Shown here: piece by piece, positions 58,363 to 64,000 of the stretch | Layout: the number at the start of each line of letters is the position of its first letter | How positions within the stretch are numbered: the stretch's first letter is position 1 | Assembly (NCBI GenBank): GCA_017537175.1 | Contig: JAFYLH010000011.1 | Coordinates: forward strand, 323 to 64,322 | Direction of reading: 5' to 3' | DNA: 64,000 nucleotides | Source of the DNA: Clostridia bacterium | GTDB lineage: Bacteria; Bacillota; Clostridia; Oscillospirales; CAG-272 | Position numbers and translations under genes: made by a program | Notes under the pieces: generated by a model | What the model saw: the letters and a program-made list of their open reading frames with translations, nothing else | What the model was told of the DNA's origin: nothing | Databases searched by the model: none

Positions 58363-58401
58363 CACACAGCGTTGCAATATCGGCATACGCTGTGTGTTTT
58401 T
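58363..58401 (+). terminator. Rho-independent terminator of the 530-aa gene
   Basis: cacacagcg / cgctgtgtg 9-bp stem with 16-nt loop, followed by ttttt. Confidence 0.75.
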
Positions 58402-58410
58402 ATTTAGGGT

Positions 58411-58650
58411 ATGTATATACCGCTTGATGTTACTCTTGATGTACCTATAGAGCTTGGTAATGAGTTCCAGGATGCAATGGGTTATGTAGACTGGCGCTTT
58501 AAGGTAGAAGAGCTTACTGTAGAATCTTCCGATCCAAAGCCTCCTCAAACCGGTGATAATATGATTATTTTTATTATCATTATGGCGATAAGTGCTGTTA
58601 CATTTACCATAATTTCAATACCTCTTTTGAAAAAGAAAAAGGCGGAATAA
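58411..58650 (+). pseudogene. Remnant: C-terminal cell-wall sorting signal (LPXTG-type) of a surface protein
   Basis: The 79-aa ORF begins right after an in-frame TAG (58405-58407), with no signal peptide, RBS or promoter. It ends with PPQTGD (58540-58557), a hydrophobic helix and KKKKAE, which is the classic sortase sorting signal. It is bracketed by two terminators. Confidence 0.5.
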
Positions 58651-58653
58651 TAT

Positions 58654-58694
58654 AAAGCCACACAATCCTCCTATGCGAAGGTTGTGTGGCTTTT
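58654..58694 (+). terminator. Rho-independent terminator
   Basis: aaagccacacaa / ttgtgtggcttt 12-bp stem with 16-nt loop, followed by tta. Confidence 0.7.
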
Positions 58695-58764
58695 ATATAT
58701 TATACATATAAGTATATTTATATCGTATTATCATTGAATATGTATAAATGATTGATAATTTATG

Positions 58765-58793
58765 TTGATTTTGCGAACGAAGGGTGATATAAT
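58765..58793 (+). promoter_or_regulatory. Promoter of the Na/Pi cotransporter (and possibly the TIR-MORN gene)
   Basis: TTGATT - 17 nt - TATAAT with TGa extended -10. Confidence 0.6.
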
Positions 58794-58846
58794 GGTTGTA
58801 TGATTTTCGACTCTTTATGATGATATAAATTTTAAGGTTTAGTGTT

Positions 58847-60613
58847 ATGACAATTTTATTAAACATAATTGAATTATTAGGCGGCTTGGGGTTCTTCCTT
58901 TTTGGTATGACACTTTTAGGTGACGGTTTAAAGCGCGTTGCCGGCGGTAAGATGGAAACTATCCTTGGCAAGCTCACATCCAATACCTTTAAAGGCGTAC
59001 TTCTCGGTGCATTTGTTACTGCTGTTATTCAGTCATCATCTGCAACAACCATTATGGTTGTGGGCTTTGTTAACTCCGGTATTATGCAGCTTGTTAATGC
59101 TATCGGAATTATTATGGGTGCCAATATAGGAACAACAGCTACAGGATGGTTGCTGGTGCTGGCCGGCGGAAAGGGCGATGGCTGGCTTTCTTCTGCTACT
59201 ATATTTGCCATAGTTGCTTTTATTGGTATAATACTCTACTTCTTTTGTAAAAAACAAACTCTTAAAAATCTTGGTATGATCCTTCTGGCACTTTCCGTTC
59301 TTATGAGCGGAATGGAAGCAATGAAGGATGCAATGACCTCGGATGAGTTAACAGAAATGTTCAAAAGCTTTATATCTGCGGTAAGCAATCCATTCCTTGC
59401 AATATTTGTTGGCATTCTTGTTACTTCCATTATACAGAGCTGTTCGGCATCAATAGGAATATTACAGGCACTTGCAATTACCGGTATTATAGGCTATGAT
59501 GTTGCGATTCCGATGGTTGTGGGTATGTGTATAGGTGCTTGCATGCCGGTTCTTCTTTCTGCCATAGGCGCAAATGTTAATGGAAAGCGGGCGGCTATTG
59601 TATATCTCTATTTCAATTTGTCCGGTGCTGTGATTTTATTGAGCGGATTTTATCTCATAGATGCTTTTGTTCATTTTGATATTATGCAACAAACTGCTAC
59701 AAGCATGGGTATTGCAATAGTAAATACTGTATTTAAGATTGCAGCTACCGTGCTTTTGGCTCCAATGGCTAAGCTTATAGAGAAGCTTGCTGTTATTACC
59801 ATAAGAGATAATAACAGCGAAGACGATGAATTTGAAGAAAATCTCCTTGATGATCGTTTCTTGAATTATCCGCCCCTTGCTCTCGAGCAAAGCGGAAAAA
59901 CTATGGATCAGATGACCAATGCGGCATTTAAAAATTTCAAAAAAGCGTCCTCTCTGTTATCAGATTTTGATCAGACAAAGTATGATAAGATCATGTCCCG
60001 TGAGTTGCGGGTCGATTCATTCGAGGATTCTCTCGGTTCATATCTAGTCAGATTGAATAAGGCAGCGCTTTCTGAAAAGGAAACACATACAGCCGCCAAG
60101 TATTTGTCCTGTATAACAAATGTTGAGCGTATTTCCGACCATGCAGTAAATCTTGCAGATCTTGCGAAAGAGCTTAACGATAAGAATATTAATTTCTCTT
60201 TTCAGGCAAAAAAGGAGCTTGACATGTGTGTTGAGGCTATATCCGAGATCCTTGATATGACAATCAAGGCTGCCCATGATAATGATGTGGAAACAGCTAA
60301 AAAGGTAGAGCCTCTGGAGGATGTTATAGATATTCTCATTAAAAATGCCAAGACACAGCATATTCAACGAGTGCAGGAAGGTAACTGTACTCTGGAGCTT
60401 GGCTTTGTGTTTAACGAATGTCTGATCAACTTTGAGCGTGTGGCAGACCATTGCTCCAATATAGCGGTATCTGTATTAGAGCTTGCCGATTCTCATGTGC
60501 ACGCACATAGCTATCTACGCGATGTTAAGCTGGATAGCCACGAGAGTTACCATAAGCTCTTTGCTGAGTATGCCGATAAATTTGATATAGTGTTGTCGGA
60601 AATATTAAATTAA
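58847..60613 (+). CDS. Na/Pi cotransporter family protein with C-terminal PhoU-like domain
   Basis: Duplicated QSSSATT / QSCSASIG type NaPi-II repeats (VIQSSSATTIMVVGF, IIQSCSASIGILQAL), followed by PhoU-like helices (ERISDHAVN, ERVADHCSN). Confidence 0.9.
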   Translation: MTILLNIIELLGGLGFFLFGMTLLGDGLKRVAGGKMETILGKLTSNTFKGVLLGAFVTAVIQSSSATTIMVVGFVNSGIMQLVNAIGIIMGANIGTTATGWLLVLAGGKGDGWLSSATIFAIVAFIGIILYFFCKKQTLKNLGMILLALSVLMSGMEAMKDAMTSDELTEMFKSFISAVSNPFLAIFVGILVTSIIQSCSASIGILQALAITGIIGYDVAIPMVVGMCIGACMPVLLSAIGANVNGKRAAIVYLYFNLSGAVILLSGFYLIDAFVHFDIMQQTATSMGIAIVNTVFKIAATVLLAPMAKLIEKLAVITIRDNNSEDDEFEENLLDDRFLNYPPLALEQSGKTMDQMTNAAFKNFKKASSLLSDFDQTKYDKIMSRELRVDSFEDSLGSYLVRLNKAALSEKETHTAAKYLSCITNVERISDHAVNLADLAKELNDKNINFSFQAKKELDMCVEAISEILDMTIKAAHDNDVETAKKVEPLEDVIDILIKNAKTQHIQRVQEGNCTLELGFVFNECLINFERVADHCSNIAVSVLELADSHVHAHSYLRDVKLDSHESYHKLFAEYADKFDIVLSEILN

Positions 60614-60681
60614 GATCAAGTAAGTTTTTTAAAATAGACAAAGTTTAGGATACAATATAGATTATATACAGGAGATAAACA

Positions 60682-62787
60682 ATGGCTATTCTTAGATGTA
60701 AGTCGTGTGGCGGTCCGCTGGATGTAAAAGAAGGGGATAAGATTGTGGAATGTTCATATTGCAATCTGCAGCAAACTATTCCGACGATTGACGATGACTT
60801 TAAATTCCAAATGTTCAATCAGGCTAATGATCTTAGGCGTCAGTTTGATTTTGACGGTGCTAAAGCATTTTTACAGGCAATTATTTCAAGGCATCCGGAG
60901 GAATCGGAAGCTTATTGGCATATCTGTCTGTGCAAATATGGTATTATGTATGTCGAGGATCAACAGACATATACACAGATACCTACCTTTTACAGAATGA
61001 TACCTCAGAGCATATTGTCTGACGAAGATTATCTTAAAGCATGCAAATATGCCGGTGTCGCTTCCTGGAAATATGAGGATGAAGCGAAAAAAATTGAGAA
61101 ATTACAAAAAAAGATTTTTGATTTGTCAAACAGCGAAGATCCGTATGATATATTTATTTGTTATAAAAAGACTGATATAGATACAGGCTTACAAACCGAG
61201 GATAGCAAAATTGCGGCTCAGATCTACATGAAGCTCATAGAAAACGGTTACCGGGTATTTTGGGCAGAGCGTTCTCTTCCTGCCGGTTGTGAGTACGAAC
61301 CGTACATTTATGCGGCACTGTCTACAGCAAAAATTATGTTGGTGTTAGGTAGTGATAAGCGTTATTTTGAAGCTCCTTGGGTTAAAAATGAGTGGATTCG
61401 TTTCCTCGATATGATGAGCAGAGATTCAGGCAAATCCATTATGACCTGTTATAAGAATATTACTGCGGATGACATTCCATCTAATTTAAAGAACCTGCAG
61501 GCCTTGGATATGACCAACATGCTCTTTTCAAGTGATTTGTTGGAGCGAATTCAAAAGAAGATTCCCAAGAAGAAAGAAATGCCGTCTGACGATTTGCTGA
61601 ATGCATTTAAAATCTTCCAGGCAAACAATCCAAACGAATCTATCCAAAATAAAGAAATAGCCTTCAATGACGGTGTGTATTCGGGTGAAGCAATTGCAGG
61701 AAAACCCCATGGATACGGTATATATCATTATTCGAATGGCGTTAGATACGAAGGAAATTGGAGTGTTGGTAAAAGGCATGGACAGGGAACAGCGTTCTTT
61801 AATAACGGCGATACCTGGACTGGTGAATGGAAGGATAACATCCCATATAACGGTAGTGGAGCTTATCATTTTATAAAGGACAATACAACAAAATGTTTTG
61901 GTGGTGTCTTAAAAAACGGTAGACTTTACGGTGAAGGAAAGTCTTATGTTAATGGGCAGGTTTTATATGAAGGATATTTTGAAAACGGAATTTTGAACGG
62001 TCAGGGTACTGCTTATACAAACGGAGTATCCTGTACAGGTGAGTTCCGTCAAGGCAGGCCTTGGAACGCCAAAGGAACATTTTCATTGAATCTAAAAAGA
62101 CCGGCTATATTTAATGGTGAATGGGTCAACGGCCTTCCGCACGGTTTTGGTATAATTCAGTTTAATGATAAAAATGACAGTGTTGAAGGTTATTTCAACA
62201 ATGGTTTGAATGGAGATGTATTTTGGTATTTTTCAGACGGACGGCATTATGAAGGAGAGATCAGTAATTGTGCGTTATCCGGACAAGGAAAAATGTTTTC
62301 AAAAAATGATACTTTGATATACGAAGGAAGCTATGCTAACGGCAATGCTAACGGTTACGGTACTTATTATGTAAACTCTTCCGAAAGATATGAAGGTGAA
62401 TTTCTCAACGGCAAATACAACGGACAGGGTACATATTTTTATCCTCAAGGCACATGGACAGGTGTATGGAAGGACGGCCAGCGCTGGACGGGACAAGGTA
62501 TGATATTTTTCTATGATGATAACGGTAAACAAACAGGCAAGTTTTTTAATGGACATATGCTGAACGGTGTTGCTTCGGGCAAAGGTATTTTAAGGCAAGC
62601 AGACGGAACACGCTTCGACGGTGAATTTTTCAATGACCGTTATTATAATGGTACAGTATATAATGCAAAGAACCAGGTTACAGATACATATGTTAAAGGC
62701 GAGAGTCAACAATTAAAAGCACACAAACGCAATCAGGCTATCGCAGGTACGGCATTTGACATTCTTAAGGGGCTTTCCCGTTTCTGA
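60682..62787 (+). CDS. Zinc-ribbon / TIR-domain / MORN-repeat protein (701 aa)
   Basis: CKSCG...CSYC at aa 6-27. YDIFICYKKTD ... APWVKNEW (aa ~154-285) is a TIR-like block. About 14 YxGxWxxGxxxGxG MORN units span aa ~331-680. caggag RBS lies 7 nt upstream. Confidence 0.85.
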   Translation: MAILRCKSCGGPLDVKEGDKIVECSYCNLQQTIPTIDDDFKFQMFNQANDLRRQFDFDGAKAFLQAIISRHPEESEAYWHICLCKYGIMYVEDQQTYTQIPTFYRMIPQSILSDEDYLKACKYAGVASWKYEDEAKKIEKLQKKIFDLSNSEDPYDIFICYKKTDIDTGLQTEDSKIAAQIYMKLIENGYRVFWAERSLPAGCEYEPYIYAALSTAKIMLVLGSDKRYFEAPWVKNEWIRFLDMMSRDSGKSIMTCYKNITADDIPSNLKNLQALDMTNMLFSSDLLERIQKKIPKKKEMPSDDLLNAFKIFQANNPNESIQNKEIAFNDGVYSGEAIAGKPHGYGIYHYSNGVRYEGNWSVGKRHGQGTAFFNNGDTWTGEWKDNIPYNGSGAYHFIKDNTTKCFGGVLKNGRLYGEGKSYVNGQVLYEGYFENGILNGQGTAYTNGVSCTGEFRQGRPWNAKGTFSLNLKRPAIFNGEWVNGLPHGFGIIQFNDKNDSVEGYFNNGLNGDVFWYFSDGRHYEGEISNCALSGQGKMFSKNDTLIYEGSYANGNANGYGTYYVNSSERYEGEFLNGKYNGQGTYFYPQGTWTGVWKDGQRWTGQGMIFFYDDNGKQTGKFFNGHMLNGVASGKGILRQADGTRFDGEFFNDRYYNGTVYNAKNQVTDTYVKGESQQLKAHKRNQAIAGTAFDILKGLSRF

Positions 62788-62910
62788 TATAAGAGCTGCA
62801 TTATTTCTTTTGCGATTCTTTAGGTTGGACAACTTCAGCTAAAGTCACGCTCACCTCTTGGATGTCGGGAGAATCGTAAGAAATTCCGAAATGTCCTATA
62901 TGACTAATAT

Positions 62911-62948
62911 AAACCACACAGTTGACCGTATGGTGGATTGTGTGGTTT
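62911..62948. terminator. Hairpin terminator 124 nt downstream of the TIR-MORN gene
   Basis: aaaccacaca / tgtgtggttt 10-bp stem with 18-nt loop, followed by ttatttat. Confidence 0.65.
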
Positions 62949-62993
62949 TATTTATAAGCTCTATCGCCTCGCATTACTCGTTGCATCGTCGGC

Positions 62994-63020
62994 GGAAAAC
63001 AGTTCACCGGACTGTTTTCC
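62994..63020. other. Stem-loop in non-coding tract
   Basis: ggaaaacagt / actgttttcc 10-bp stem with 7-nt loop. A second small hairpin, gcaaag cgag ctttgc, lies at 63025-63040. Confidence 0.7.
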
Positions 63021-63084
63021 TTCTGCAAAGCGAGCTTTGCTCCCTCCTTGTTCGATCCCCCTCGCTGCGGATTTATTGATATAC

Positions 63085-63112
63085 AAAAAAGCACCCTTAT
63101 GGGTGCTTTTTT
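63085..63112. terminator. Bidirectional Rho-independent terminator
   Basis: aaaaaagcaccc ttat gggtgctttttt: A-tract, 6-bp GC-rich stem and T-tract, symmetrical on both strands. Confidence 0.85.
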
Positions 63113-63118
63113 GTATAT

Positions 63119-63148
63119 GGTGGAGGCGATGCGTAGATAGCCTCCACC
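63119..63148. other. Stem-loop whose arms read like tRNA acceptor/CCA ends
   Basis: ggtggaggc / gcctccacc 9-bp stem with 12-nt loop. With flanking bases it reads tggtggaggc ... gcctccacca. Confidence 0.6.
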
Positions 63149-63283
63149 AACACAAGTATAAAATGACTATCTTGGCTATCCCGGACTATATGTACGAAAC
63201 GGCGAGGATCGTCATACGTCATTTTAAAAGAAAATAACGGACTTTTTCCTATTCATATTTTATGCTTATATTGTGCATGTATT

Positions 63284-63538
63284 TTATTGTATTGAAACTG
63301 TATGGTGGACAGCCCGCGTGCCCTTTGTTTTTCGATACATCTTTGATGAAGCTCTGCCAAGAGCAACAGACACAGAATGTGTTAAGGTATCGGTAGAGAA
63401 GTAGTCACTATATACTTGAGGGTTCTTACCCGGGATAGTTTTGTTTATGGTATCTATAATGATTTCCTTGTAGTTAAGAAGGTTAATATCTTTGTACTTT
63501 GAATTTGCTAAGCGGCATTTTCTTATACGGTTACTCAT
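63284..63538 (-). CDS. Hypothetical small protein (84 aa)
   Basis: Strong RBS (aaggag, 5 nt before the ATG at 63538), with terminators downstream at 63148-63085; no recognisable motif. Confidence 0.5.
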   Translation of the reverse strand: MSNRIRKCRLANSKYKDINLLNYKEIIIDTINKTIPGKNPQVYSDYFSTDTLTHSVSVALGRASSKMYRKTKGTRAVHHTVSIQ

Positions 63539-63650
63539 AGTTGCTCCTTTCGTTGTTATTAGGGGATATATTATGTCTATTATTTATTTGTTAGTTATTT
63601 TATTGAGTTAACCGTAATATTAGGTTGTTAGTAGATTTTTTGTATATAAA

Positions 63651-63689
63651 AAGGAAACAAGCTGCAGCCTCGCTGCCGCTTGTTTCCTT
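63651..63689. terminator. Orphan 18-bp hairpin in AT-rich spacer
   Basis: aaggaaacaagctgcagc / gctgccgcttgtttcctt (one mismatch) with 3-nt loop, flanked by A-run and T-rich sequence; not downstream of any annotated gene. Confidence 0.55.
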
Positions 63690-63906
63690 ACTGTTATTTA
63701 TTTGTTCGTTTGTAACCGAGAATATAATCTATATTTAATCGAAACAATGGCGGCAGGGAGATTCTCTCTGCCTTCATTATTATATTGCTAAATTGTATAA
63801 GTTTTAAGAAATCATCAAAAACCGTAGAAATTTGAAGGAATTCATGATATAATATAATTTACGAAATTTTACTCATACAGAAATGGATCGGAAAGAAGGT
63901 GGTGTA

Positions 63907-64000
63907 ATGATACGAATTGCCTTATGCGATGATGAGCAAAACATACTCGATGAAGTTTCACAATACATAAATAAGTACGCCGAAAAGAAAAATAACCAAG
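63907..64000 (+). CDS. Response regulator receiver domain (LytTR-type regulator likely), 3'-truncated by the window edge
   Basis: MIRIALCDDEQNILDEV is the typical start of LytR/AlgR-family regulators; gaaggtgg RBS upstream. Confidence 0.7.
   Translation, partial: MIRIALCDDEQNILDEVSQYINKYAEKKNNQ

Noticed and set aside
61672-62721. MORN-coding periodicity considered as a DNA-level tandem repeat or phase-variation tract.
   Set aside because: The repeats are conserved only at the amino-acid pattern level (YxGxWxxGxxxGxG). The nucleotide units are degenerate, with no long identical stretches that would promote slippage or recombination.
63045-63150. A tRNA gene, suggested by a GTTCGATCC T-loop-like string and GCCTCCACCA acceptor/CCA-like ends.
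   Set aside because: No D-arm, anticodon arm or complementary 5' acceptor strand can be drawn. The T-stem 5' half does not pair. The ggtggaggc/gcctccacc strings pair with each other as a simple hairpin. At most these are tRNA-derived scars.
62858-63237. ORF-track ORFs in the scar region (73 aa and 99 aa on the plus strand, 64 aa on the minus strand).
   Set aside because: They have no RBS, they cross terminator hairpins, and their sequences are low-complexity Arg/Ser/Leu-rich. They overlap each other in different frames.

Overview
This is a 64-kb chromosomal segment from a mid/low-GC Firmicute. Gene order and codon style look Clostridia-like; a Ruminococcaceae/Oscillospiraceae-type organism is my guess only. 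All calls rest on motifs read by eye, since no database search was possible. I recognised no rRNA, tRNA, CRISPR array, transposase or integrase. Layout: (i) 1-3.9 kb holds carbohydrate-active genes (SASA-type esterase, MBL hydrolase, GH27 alpha-galactosidase) followed by a 47-bp tandem repeat. (ii) 4-27 kb is a long minus-strand housekeeping block: CaCA antiporter, rpsU, leuS, rsfS, LCP, yqeK, nadD, rdgB, ftsY, smc, two tandem PHP paralogs, radical SAM, rnc, plsX, trmFO, topA, dprA, SpoU-type methyltransferase, and rplT-rpmI-infC with an attenuator leader and a probable non-AUG infC start. (iii) 27-47 kb carries plus-strand metabolic and transport genes: sugar isomerase-like, flavin reductase, GH13 alpha-glucosidase, mgtE, dxs, a DegT aminotransferase / Gfo-Idh-MocA oxidoreductase / GH20-like / ceramidase-like cluster, NhaC, esterase, gldA, NUDIX and a 998-aa fused MacB-like ABC protein. 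(iv) 47-64 kb is patchier and more accessory: TlpA-like lipoprotein, birA, thioesterase, YgjP-like metallopeptidase, an ABC / DUF1854-like / ABC module, MATE, a 530-aa zinc-ribbon protein, an LPXTG sorting-signal remnant, a Na/Pi cotransporter, a zinc-ribbon-TIR-MORN protein, a hairpin-dense 0.5-kb non-coding scar, and the start of a response regulator. The best candidates for something new are three. First, the orphan TIR-MORN protein (60.7-62.8 kb), which has atypical codon usage. Second, the ABC pair in which both halves carry an N-terminal PH-like plus zinc-ribbon extension and flank a DUF1854-like gene (49.7-54.7 kb). Third, the 530-aa protein that seems to carry a similar PH-like plus zinc-ribbon module (56.7-58.3 kb). 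None of these is proven; each needs structure or homology searches and experiments.
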